Assembly (NCBI GenBank): GCA_903824455.1
Contig: CAIJWY010000057.1
Location: forward strand, 1-33,087
Direction of reading: 5' to 3'
Source: an uncultured Micrococcales bacterium
GTDB lineage: Bacteria > Actinomycetota > Actinomycetes > Actinomycetales > Microbacteriaceae
Length of the DNA stretch: 33,087 nt
The first letter of the stretch is position 1; each line of letters starts with the position of its first letter. Both the position numbers and the translations under genes were made by a program. The notes under the pieces are model-generated. The model did no database searches. It was not told the origin of the DNA and saw only the letters and a program-made list of their open reading frames with translations. Positions 18,038 to 26,836 of the stretch are shown in pieces.

Positions 18038-19153
18038 ATGAGTGAAAGTCAAACCCTGATCGACCTAGTCGAAAAACGCCTTACCGTTTTCTGCTCTGAT
18101 CGCAGAGCGGAACTCACCGCAATCGAACCAGAACTAGCCCCGGTTATCGATTTCATCCAAGGACTACTAATCGGTGGCAAGCGATTCCGCGCATTATTCG
18201 CCTACTGGTCTTGGGTGTCCTGCCTGAACACGTTGCCCAACCCGATCACCGAAGAGCAAAAAGAACGAAGCTCGAAGGCGTTGGTAGACATTTGCGCTGC
18301 TCTTGAAATGTTTCACGCGGCGGCCCTGGTTCACGACGACCTACTCGATAACTCGGATACTCGCCGCGGGGCTCCAGCCGTTCACAAGCAATTTGAATCG
18401 CTTCACGAAAACAGCGGTTGGGCCGGATCAGCCGTTCGTTTCGGTCAAGCCGGTTCGGTTATAGCCGGCGATCTCATGCTCGGTTGGGCATCTGAACTTT
18501 TCGATAGCGGCGTAAAGCGATCCCCAAGCAGCGAAATCGCCTGGCAGTGCCGTGACGAGTTTGCAAAAATGCGCATCGAAGTCATGGCTGGTCAATATCT
18601 CGACATCCTCGAGGAAAACGCGGGTCCAACCCGTGATGCCGACGAAGCAGTAGGCCGGGCTAATCGGGTGATGTTATACAAAACGGCGAAATACAGCATC
18701 GAAGCTCCGCTGCTAATTGGTGCGTCTTTTTGCGGAGCCGAATCTGGCACGTTGCGAGGGTTAACTGCATTTGCTATTCCGCTGGGACTGGCATTCCAAC
18801 TTCGCGACGATGTGCTGGGTGTGTTTGGCGAACCCGAGGTTACTGGAAAGCCGATTGGCGACGATTTGCGCGAGGGTAAAAGAACCACGCTCATCGCGCT
18901 GACTCGACAATCGCTCAACTTTGCTACCGTAAAACTTTTCGACGAACTCATGACCAATCGAGAACTAACTAGCGAACAAATAAAGCTACTCCAGGAAACG
19001 ATTAAGGGATCCGGCGCACTCGCGAAGGTTGAACAGATGATCGAAGAGTATGGAAATGAAAGTTTGTTAGCTCTACAACAGCTGAAAATTGACGACTATG
19101 GAAAACAAAATCTCAAGGCGTTGGCACTAAAAGTTGTAAATCGCAGCAGTTAG
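18038..19153 (+). CDS. Trans-polyprenyl diphosphate synthase (IdsA/GGPPS-like)
   Basis: GGKRFR, HDDLLD....RRG (FARM), GQYLD, YKTAKY, FQLRDD (SARM) and DDLREGK motifs. Confidence 0.93.
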   Translation: MSESQTLIDLVEKRLTVFCSDRRAELTAIEPELAPVIDFIQGLLIGGKRFRALFAYWSWVSCLNTLPNPITEEQKERSSKALVDICAALEMFHAAALVHDDLLDNSDTRRGAPAVHKQFESLHENSGWAGSAVRFGQAGSVIAGDLMLGWASELFDSGVKRSPSSEIAWQCRDEFAKMRIEVMAGQYLDILEENAGPTRDADEAVGRANRVMLYKTAKYSIEAPLLIGASFCGAESGTLRGLTAFAIPLGLAFQLRDDVLGVFGEPEVTGKPIGDDLREGKRTTLIALTRQSLNFATVKLFDELMTNRELTSEQIKLLQETIKGSGALAKVEQMIEEYGNESLLALQQLKIDDYGKQNLKALALKVVNRSS

Positions 19154-19497
19154 AAAGCTAGCGATTGGGCAATTCTCCGAACCTCAGACTTACGGCCCGC
19201 TAGCAACGAATCAATCGGTGGATGCCCCAAAGATTCCTCCTGGGTGTAGAGCCATTCGATTCCCTGCCCGAGCGTAAAGCCGGCGTCGATGAGAACGTTC
19301 AATGTTCCAGGGAGTGATGTAAGCGGCTCGCCGTCAACGATCAGATGAGCTGGAACTACCTTTACTCCATCTCTTACGATGAAGAACAAGGCATGCTCTT
19401 CAACTAGACGATGCACTTTTCCTGGGGTTAGCCCCAGCAACTCCCCAACTTCGGGTACGGTCAACCATTTATCTACAGAATCAAAAACATTACTCAC
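19150..19497 (-). CDS. Rv2175c-family DNA-binding protein
   Basis: WLTVPEVGELLG HTH-like start, LPGTLNVLIDAGF...WL...L...P..L..GRKSEVRR.AQ. Divergent from the PASTA kinase, as in mycobacteria. Start reassigned to GTG 19497. Confidence 0.85.
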   Translation of the reverse strand: MSNVFDSVDKWLTVPEVGELLGLTPGKVHRLVEEHALFFIVRDGVKVVPAHLIVDGEPLTSLPGTLNVLIDAGFTLGQGIEWLYTQEESLGHPPIDSLLAGRKSEVRRIAQSLAF

Positions 19498-19569
19498 ATG
19501 AATAGATTGCCACACCAAAGCTCTTCAAGGAAAAGAAAACTAACTGTGTGACGATATTCTTTGAGAATA

Positions 19570-21387
19570 ATGAATAACATCACAATCCAAGCTGGCACCG
19601 AATTATCTGGGCGTTACCGCGTTCAGAGGCTTCTGGCGCACGGAGGAATGGCGAGTGTCTACGAGGCTTTAGACATTCAGCTGCACCGCCAGGTGGCCAT
19701 CAAGGTCCTCGCATCGCACCTCTCCGGTGACCAGTCTTTCCGTGAAAAATTCGTTACCGAAGCGCGAGTAGCGGCGGCGCTTAATCATCCGAATCTGGTC
19801 AACATTTACGATCAGGGGCAACAGGGCGATTTGACCTATCTAGTTTTGGAATTGGTAACCGGAACCACTCTCCGCCACGTCCTAGACGATTTCAAAATCA
19901 TCGACGCAGAGCGTGCCGTTGAACTCATGGAAGCCGTTCTCGAAGGTCTTGGGGCAGCTCACGCGGCTGGAATTATTCACCGAGACATCAAGCCTGAAAA
20001 TATCTTGCTCAGCAACGAGGGACGCATCAAGCTAAGTGACTTTGGTTTGGCAAGAAACGTGGATACCAGAACCGAAGCCAGCGAACTGCTGGGGACAGTC
20101 GGCTACATGGCGCCCGAGTTGGTAACCGGAGGTGCGGCCACCAAGGCTTCCGATGTCTACGCCTGCGGAATCATGCTCTATGAAATGCTTACCGGCACCA
20201 GGCCCTTTGTCGGTGAGCAAAGCATGCAGGTTGCCTATCAGCATGCAAACTCACGGGTACCGGTTCCGAGCCTAGCCAATCCAGAACTCTCCCCTGGCTT
20301 GGATCGACTAGTGCTCATGGCGACCGAACCGAAGGCTTCTAACCGCCCGGCCGATGCGCAGGAACTGTTGCTAGCGCTGAGGCAATTTGAGACGCTATCC
20401 CCAGATAACCGAACCACAGTATTGAACCCGGTTTCGGCTGGAGCAACTGAAGTAATTTCGCCACTTGAGTCGTCTGATGACGAGCCATTTGCAAGTGTTC
20501 CGAGTCGAAGAAAACTGGCTCCGTTTTTGATTTGGTCGGTTATCGCGATACTAGTGGGCTCCCTCGGAGGTTGGTGGTTTGGTGCCGGACCTGGCGCACT
20601 GTCTCCAGTGCCACAACTCAGCAATCGCACCATGGCTCAGGCGCAGGCCGCTCTCTCCCCACTTGATCTGAAGATAGTCGTTGCCCATGAAAACTCGTTG
20701 ACCATTGATGCCGGGTTAATCACCAGAACCGACCCCGCAGCCGGAGGTTTTGTTGGCCGTAATGGTGCGATTACCATTTATCTCTCCGACGGTCCAAAGC
20801 TGGTAACTGTTCCAATGCTCAAGGACAAAAATCTAGCCGATGCCACCAGCACCCTGGTTGGAGCAGGCTTCGTTCTCGGTGATGTTAAATCGGTCTTCAG
20901 TTCAACCGCGCTCGGTAACATCGTTGACCACACCGGGAGTGACGGGATAAACATCGCTGAAGGCTCGAAAATCGATTTGAAAGTTTCGCTAGGAGCAATC
21001 CCGTCGGTCGCCGGTTTATCTCAAGAAGCTGCCAAAGCAGCACTGAATTTGGTTGGGCTAGAAGTGGGAACGATCAGTGAAAGTTTTAGCGACACAGTTC
21101 CCAAGGGGAATGTGATTGACCTAATCCCGAATCAGCTTGGGCTTGAAAAGGGATCAACCATTGACCTCAACGTTTCCAAAGGAACTAACAAGGTAACCGT
21201 GCCGAATATGGTTGGGCAGCGAATTCTCTACGCCCAAGATCAACTCAAGGCGCTCGGGCTAAAAGTGTTAGTCGACACCAACCTAAACACCAACCAGTGG
21301 GGCACGAAAAACGTGAAATCAACAAACCCATCGGCCGGTACTGTGTTGCGGCGTGGCGATACCGTGACGATTATCGCTCGCTACTAA
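19570..21387 (+). CDS. PASTA-domain Ser/Thr protein kinase (PknL-like by synteny)
   Basis: GGMASVY, VAIK, HRDIKPEN, DFGLAR and YMAPE motifs, one TM, then about four PASTA-like repeats. ATG 19570 preferred over TTG 19561. Confidence 0.93.
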   Translation: MNNITIQAGTELSGRYRVQRLLAHGGMASVYEALDIQLHRQVAIKVLASHLSGDQSFREKFVTEARVAAALNHPNLVNIYDQGQQGDLTYLVLELVTGTTLRHVLDDFKIIDAERAVELMEAVLEGLGAAHAAGIIHRDIKPENILLSNEGRIKLSDFGLARNVDTRTEASELLGTVGYMAPELVTGGAATKASDVYACGIMLYEMLTGTRPFVGEQSMQVAYQHANSRVPVPSLANPELSPGLDRLVLMATEPKASNRPADAQELLLALRQFETLSPDNRTTVLNPVSAGATEVISPLESSDDEPFASVPSRRKLAPFLIWSVIAILVGSLGGWWFGAGPGALSPVPQLSNRTMAQAQAALSPLDLKIVVAHENSLTIDAGLITRTDPAAGGFVGRNGAITIYLSDGPKLVTVPMLKDKNLADATSTLVGAGFVLGDVKSVFSSTALGNIVDHTGSDGINIAEGSKIDLKVSLGAIPSVAGLSQEAAKAALNLVGLEVGTISESFSDTVPKGNVIDLIPNQLGLEKGSTIDLNVSKGTNKVTVPNMVGQRILYAQDQLKALGLKVLVDTNLNTNQWGTKNVKSTNPSAGTVLRRGDTVTIIARY

Positions 21388-22725
21388 CTAAATCTTTCTG
21401 AGCGATTCAGCTACCAAAAACGCAAGTTCAAGCGACTGGCTGTGGTTCAGGCGCGGGTCACAAAGTGACTCGTAGCGCTCTTCCAGGGTTGCCTCGTCAA
21501 TCTTTTCCGAACCACCCAAACATTCGGCAACATCGTCGCCGGTTAGTTCGACGTGAATACCACCGGGGATGGTTCCCAGCGATTGGTGAACTTCAAAGAA
21601 TCCGCGAACTTCATCCATAACATCGTCGAAGTGACGCGACTTGTAGCCGTTCTTGGTCGTGATCCCGTTGCCGTGCATCGGGTCGGTGATCCAAAGCGGC
21701 TGGGCACCTAGATCGCGAACAGCCTCAACGAGCTTCGGAAGTTCTTCGCGAACCTTGCTGGCGCCCATTCGAGAAATGAAGGTTAGGCGTCCTGGTTCAA
21801 GTTTTGGGTCTAGCTTTTCGATGAGAGATTTCACGTCGTCGACCGAGGTGGTTGGTCCTAGCTTTACACCAATTGGGTTGCGAACTCGTGAGAGGAAATC
21901 AACGTGAGCATTGTCGAGTTGACGGGTGCGCTCACCAATCCAAACGAAGTGACCACTGGTGTCGTATGGGTTTCCGGTGCGTGAATCGATTCGAGTCATC
22001 GGACGCTCGTAGTCGAGCAGTAGTGCTTCGTGACTCACATAGAATTCGGTGGTGCGCAATGACTCAAAGTCTGCGCCGCAGGCTGCCATGAACTTGATCG
22101 CTCGGTCGATCTCTTTTGCTAGAGATTCGTAGCGGATGTTTGTCGGATTCTCACTGAAACCGCGATTCCACTCGTGAACCGAACGAAGATCGGCAAAACC
22201 ACCCTGGGTGAAGGCGCGGATGAGGTTCAGCGTTGAAGCTGAAGTGTTGTAAGCCTTCAGCATGCGCCAAGGGTCATTGGTCCGAGACTCCAGATTGAAA
22301 TCGTAGCCGTTTACCGCATCGCCGCGGTAGGCGGGCAAAGTTACCTCGCCTCGGGTTTCATCGTTAGACGAACGAGGCTTGGCAAACTGGCCGGCCATGC
22401 GTCCCATCTTTACCACTGGCATCGATGCACCGTAGGTAAGCACTACGGCCATCTGTAACAAGGTCTTGACCCGGTTGCGAATGCGATCGGCGGTGGCATC
22501 GGCAAAAGTCTCGGCGCAATCGCCACCTTGCAACAGGAAGGCTCGACCGGCGGCGGCTTCGGCCAAGCGAGTTCGAAGCTGATCCACTTCTCCGGCGAAA
22601 ACCAGAGGCGGTTGCTTGGCAAGCTCAGCGCGCACCTTGGCAACCTCATCGCTGTTTGGCCAGATCGGCTGCTGAGCCGCTGGAAGCGAGGCGTGGTGAT
22701 CTAGCCCGGTCAGAATGTCATTCAT
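21388..22725 (-). CDS. Class II DAHP synthase
   Basis: LLQGGDCAE, GRMAGQFAKPRS, WIGERTR, DPMHGN, GGIHVELTG and CDPRLN motifs. Confidence 0.97.
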   Translation of the reverse strand: MNDILTGLDHHASLPAAQQPIWPNSDEVAKVRAELAKQPPLVFAGEVDQLRTRLAEAAAGRAFLLQGGDCAETFADATADRIRNRVKTLLQMAVVLTYGASMPVVKMGRMAGQFAKPRSSNDETRGEVTLPAYRGDAVNGYDFNLESRTNDPWRMLKAYNTSASTLNLIRAFTQGGFADLRSVHEWNRGFSENPTNIRYESLAKEIDRAIKFMAACGADFESLRTTEFYVSHEALLLDYERPMTRIDSRTGNPYDTSGHFVWIGERTRQLDNAHVDFLSRVRNPIGVKLGPTTSVDDVKSLIEKLDPKLEPGRLTFISRMGASKVREELPKLVEAVRDLGAQPLWITDPMHGNGITTKNGYKSRHFDDVMDEVRGFFEVHQSLGTIPGGIHVELTGDDVAECLGGSEKIDEATLEERYESLCDPRLNHSQSLELAFLVAESLRKI

Positions 22726-22739
22726 TGGTTTATTCCCTC

Positions 22740-23426
22740 TTAGCGCGCGCGTGCGCGTTTCTCTTTCAAAGTCGAAGCATAGGTGTCTACATACTCTTGG
22801 CCGCTGAGCTTCATCAGCTCGTACATGATTTCGTCGGTGACGGCTCGAAGAATTACTCGGTCGCCTTCCATCCCGTCGAACCTAGAAAAGTCGAGCGGTT
22901 CACCAACAATGATTCCAATTCGACGAATTCGAGGAAAGCGACGGCCAATCGGTTGAACCTTTTCGGTATCGATCATGGCCACCGGAATTACCGGAACTTT
23001 GGATTCCAAGGCCATTCGTGCGATTCCGGTGCGTCCGCGAAACAGACGACCGTCAGGCGAACGAGTGCCCTCCGGATAAATTCCCAAAACTTGACCCTGT
23101 GCCAGAACGCTTAGCCCGGTGTTCAATGAGGCTTCCGAAGCTTTTCCGCCGGAACGGTCGATTGGAAGTTGCCCGGTTGCCTTGAAGAACCAGCGAGTGA
23201 GTGCACCCTTCAGCCCGCGGCCGGTGAAGTATTCGCTTTTGGCAAGAAAAACCACTGGGCGCCTTGATTGCAGCGGAAGAAAGATGGAATCGGAAAAAGA
23301 AAGGTGGTTACTGGCCAGAATTACTGCACCGTGCGCTGGGATGTTCTCCATGCCCCGAACCCAAGGTCGAAACAGGGCCTTCAAAATTGGCCCGAGCAGG
23401 AAGTTTTTCAGGATGAAATATGCCAT
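22740..23426 (-). CDS. 1-acylglycerol-3-phosphate acyltransferase (PlsC family)
   Basis: NHLSFSD, FLAKSEYF and YPEGTRS motifs. Start reassigned to ATG 23426 (GGAGG RBS). Confidence 0.93.
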   Translation of the reverse strand: MAYFILKNFLLGPILKALFRPWVRGMENIPAHGAVILASNHLSFSDSIFLPLQSRRPVVFLAKSEYFTGRGLKGALTRWFFKATGQLPIDRSGGKASEASLNTGLSVLAQGQVLGIYPEGTRSPDGRLFRGRTGIARMALESKVPVIPVAMIDTEKVQPIGRRFPRIRRIGIIVGEPLDFSRFDGMEGDRVILRAVTDEIMYELMKLSGQEYVDTYASTLKEKRARAR

Positions 23427-23454
23427 CCGTAAACCTCCAATCAACCTTTATAGT

Positions 23455-24408
23455 TTAGCGACCGCTAAGTTCAGCGCGAGCCAGATCGGCTGCACCGACC
23501 ACACCGGCATCATTTGCGAAATTTGCAGTTACGATTTTGAGTTCTGGGCGGAACCCTCTTGCCGATAGCGAACTCAGGTAAGCCTCGCGCATCGGAGCCA
23601 GCAGCAGCTCGCCAGCCGCGCTAACTCCCCCACCGATCACCACAACTTCAGGGTCTAGCACCGCGGCAAGGGTGGCGATAGTTTTTCCGAGAGCAACTCC
23701 AAGATCACTCAAAAGCTCCAAGGCGCCAGGGTCTTCTTCGCCGATGGCCTGATAAACCTGCACTCCGGTAAGTTCTCCATCGTTTTCGCGCATCAACTCG
23801 GCCAGCCGAGCGCCCTTCACGCTGTTGTCGTTGGCCAACTCGATTGCCGATTTTAGTAATGCGGTTCCGGAGCCGTACTGTTCAATACAGCCGCGACGCC
23901 CGCAACCGCAGAGTCGACCATTTGGAACATGGCGAACGTGCCCCAGCTCGGCGGCAACTCCAAATCCACCTCTAAGCAATCGACCGTCGGTGATAATTGC
24001 TCCGCCAACGCCGGTGCCGATGGTCAGCATCACCATGTGACGATATCCGCGACCAGAGCCGAATCGATATTCGGCCCAACCGGCAGCATTTGCATCGTTA
24101 TCGATGAATACCGGAATGTTTAGTTTCGCTTCAAGCTTCGCCTTGAACGGTTCGTTTCGCCAGGAAAGGTTTGGAGCGTAAACAATATTGGCGCGCTCTG
24201 CGTCGACGAAGCCTGCTGCAGCAACGCCAGCTGCAGCTACATCTTGACCTTCGCTTAGTTCGGTTATTAGCCCGACCACGGCATCGGCGATGGCGTCGGG
24301 GTCGGTAGCTGGAGTTGGCACTCTAGCCTCACGAAGAATTACCCCATCGGCATCGACCAAGGCACCGGCAATTTTGGTACCACCGATGTCAATACCAATT
24401 GCGAGCAT
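23455..24408 (-). CDS. glk: ROK-family glucokinase
   Basis: GIDIGGTK, DNDANAA, GTGVGG and ELGH....CGCGRRGCIE zinc motif. Confidence 0.88.
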   Translation of the reverse strand: MLAIGIDIGGTKIAGALVDADGVILREARVPTPATDPDAIADAVVGLITELSEGQDVAAAGVAAAGFVDAERANIVYAPNLSWRNEPFKAKLEAKLNIPVFIDNDANAAGWAEYRFGSGRGYRHMVMLTIGTGVGGAIITDGRLLRGGFGVAAELGHVRHVPNGRLCGCGRRGCIEQYGSGTALLKSAIELANDNSVKGARLAELMRENDGELTGVQVYQAIGEEDPGALELLSDLGVALGKTIATLAAVLDPEVVVIGGGVSAAGELLLAPMREAYLSSLSARGFRPELKIVTANFANDAGVVGAADLARAELSGR

Positions 24409-24518
24409 TTGTTCCGCCTAATGTAACGATTCGAGGATTGATGAGCAGACTTTCAAGTTTAAGGGCATTCTCCTGCTGAAAGGAATTAGAGTTTTAGAAA
24501 CAATTGATAGGACCATCA

Positions 24519-26348
24519 ATGAAGACCTATGACCTAGACCCAATCGTCGTTTCAGCTAACAACGAAAATATCACCGATCTACTGATTAACCGAGTTCGAG
24601 AAACCCCGAAACTCCCTCTTTTCGCCATCGAACAGTCCGATGGAAGATGGCACGATTTTTCCGGTGAAGATTTCCTAGCTCAGGTGTGCGCCGTAGCCAA
24701 AGGCTTGATTGCAACCGGAATTCAACCTGGTCAAGCGGTTGCCATCATGAGTAAAACGCGCTACGAGTGGACCCTTATCGACTTCGCAATCTGGTTCGCC
24801 GGCGGAGTTTCCGTTCCAATCTATGAAAGCTCTTCAGCCACTCAAATGCAGTGGATTATTTCCGACAGCGACTCGGTGGCGGTGTTTTTAGAAACCGCAG
24901 AACATCAGGAACGATTTGACTCAATCAAGGCCTCTGTTCCATTGGCCCGCCAGGTCTGGCGGTTCGATCAGGAGTGTGTCGAGCTACTGACCCAGCGCGG
25001 GCGGGAAATCGACGATGAAACTCTGGAACAGCGAAGAACCCGAGCAGGTCTTTACGACCTAGCAACGATTATCTACACCTCCGGCACTACCGGTGTCCCA
25101 AAGGGTTGCGAACTACTTCACCGTGGCTTTGTGGAACTCAGCAAGAACGCGATGTTGGAATTGCCGGAAGTTCTTGTGCCCGGACGCAGCACCCTTTTGT
25201 TCCTTCCACTAGCTCACGTGTTTGCTCGATTTGTAGAAGTTCTAACTGTGCACGCGGGAGTGAAAGTAGGCCACAAGTCTGATGCCAAAGACGTTGGCCC
25301 GGCAATGGTTTCATTCCACCCCGATTTTCTATTGGCTGTGCCTCGAGTTTTTGAAAAGGTCTATAACGCTGCCGAGCAAAAAGCTGAAGCCGGAGGCAAA
25401 GGCGACATCTTCCGAAAGGCTGCTCTCGTTGCTGTGAACTACGCGCGAGCCAAAGAGGAAAAGGGCTCGGCCGGTTTGAGTCTCTCGCTAAGGCATGCAA
25501 TTTTCGATGTACTGGTTTACCGCAAAATTCGTGCCGCCATGGGTGGGCAGTTGCGTTACGCAATTTCCGGCGGAGCCCCGCTAGGTTCGCGTCTCGGCTA
25601 TTTCTACGCAGGTATCGGACTAACGGTTCTGGAAGGCTACGGACTGACCGAGACCACCGCCCCGGCGATGATCGCTCGCCCAAGCCAAATCAAAATTGGC
25701 AAAATTGGTCGCACCCTGCCAGGTTGTGGAGTGAAGATCGCCGACGATGGTGAGATTTGGCTTCGTGGCAACAACATCATGCGCGGTTACTGGAGAAACC
25801 CAGTTGCGACCAAGGAAACGTTCGACGGAGACTGGTTCAAGACCGGCGACATCGGTGAACTTGATGACGATGGTTTCCTAACCATTACCGGTCGCAAGAA
25901 AGAGCTATTGGTTACCGCCGGTGGCAAGAACGTGGCCCCAGCCGGTTTGGAAGACCCGCTTCGCGCTCATCCACTAATCGGTCAGGTTGTGGTACTTGGC
26001 GATAAGAAGCCATTTATCAGTGCCCTGGTATCGCTTGACAGTGAGATGTTCCAAACCTGGCTGAAAAACCATGGTGGAAATGCCACGCTAACTATCGAAG
26101 AAGCTGCCACTGATGCATTGGTGCTTTCCGAGGTTCAGAAAGCCATCGATGGTGTCAATAAATCATTCTCAACTGCAGAATCGATTCGCAAGTTTGTCAT
26201 CGTCAACTCGGAACTTACCGAAAAGTCGGGTCACCTAACCCCGAGTCTAAAAATCAAACGTGACGCTGTGGCTAGGGATTTCGCTAAGGAAATTGCTGAA
26301 CTGTACGCCGATGGCAAGGGCAACATCGACAACGCGGTGAACTTCTAA
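24519..26348 (+). CDS. Long-chain acyl-CoA synthetase (FadD15-like AMP-binding enzyme)
   Basis: YTSGTTGVPKG, GYGLTET, TGDIG, GRKKE...GGKNV and TPSLKIKR motifs. ATG 24519 with AGGA RBS. Confidence 0.93.
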   Translation: MKTYDLDPIVVSANNENITDLLINRVRETPKLPLFAIEQSDGRWHDFSGEDFLAQVCAVAKGLIATGIQPGQAVAIMSKTRYEWTLIDFAIWFAGGVSVPIYESSSATQMQWIISDSDSVAVFLETAEHQERFDSIKASVPLARQVWRFDQECVELLTQRGREIDDETLEQRRTRAGLYDLATIIYTSGTTGVPKGCELLHRGFVELSKNAMLELPEVLVPGRSTLLFLPLAHVFARFVEVLTVHAGVKVGHKSDAKDVGPAMVSFHPDFLLAVPRVFEKVYNAAEQKAEAGGKGDIFRKAALVAVNYARAKEEKGSAGLSLSLRHAIFDVLVYRKIRAAMGGQLRYAISGGAPLGSRLGYFYAGIGLTVLEGYGLTETTAPAMIARPSQIKIGKIGRTLPGCGVKIADDGEIWLRGNNIMRGYWRNPVATKETFDGDWFKTGDIGELDDDGFLTITGRKKELLVTAGGKNVAPAGLEDPLRAHPLIGQVVVLGDKKPFISALVSLDSEMFQTWLKNHGGNATLTIEEAATDALVLSEVQKAIDGVNKSFSTAESIRKFVIVNSELTEKSGHLTPSLKIKRDAVARDFAKEIAELYADGKGNIDNAVNF

Positions 26349-26836
26349 AACCAGTCGGTTTCTCTAAGTTTTCGCATGGCTACTTTCCGTCCTGCGGAGC
26401 TCAATCGATCCAAATAGACTTTTCCGTCTAGGTGATCGCACTCGTGTTGCAGTGCCTGCGCGAGCAGACCGCTTCCTTCGATGCGAACCGTTTCCCCGGT
26501 CAAGTCGATTCCCTCGGCAATTACCGAAGGGTAACGAGAAGTCTTTTCCCAGAGACCAGGAACCGAGAGACAACCCTCTTCTATTTCTTCCGGCTCTCCG
26601 ATAAATTCCACAATTTTTGGATTGAGTAAATATCCGATTTCTCCGTTTACATGAAAACTGAAGGCTCGGAGGCTAACGCCGATTTGGGGAGCGGCAACGC
26701 CGGCACGACCGGGCACCTGGGTGGTTTCGATTAGGTCGGCAACTAGTTCAGCAATCGCCGGCGTGATCTCGGTTATTTCGTCGCTGACCGTGCGAAGTAC
26801 CGGGTCACCGTAGAGACGAATTTCTCTGACAGTCAC
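26345..26836 (-). CDS. def: Peptide deformylase
   Basis: GVAAPQIG, EGCLS and QHECDHLDG motifs. Confidence 0.97.
   Translation of the reverse strand: MTVREIRLYGDPVLRTVSDEITEITPAIAELVADLIETTQVPGRAGVAAPQIGVSLRAFSFHVNGEIGYLLNPKIVEFIGEPEEIEEGCLSVPGLWEKTSRYPSVIAEGIDLTGETVRIEGSGLLAQALQHECDHLDGKVYLDRLSSAGRKVAMRKLRETDWF

Noticed and set aside
24462-24486. Weak inverted repeat (TCCT...AGGA) between the divergent glk and acyl-CoA ligase genes
   Set aside because: Too short and imperfect to distinguish from chance.
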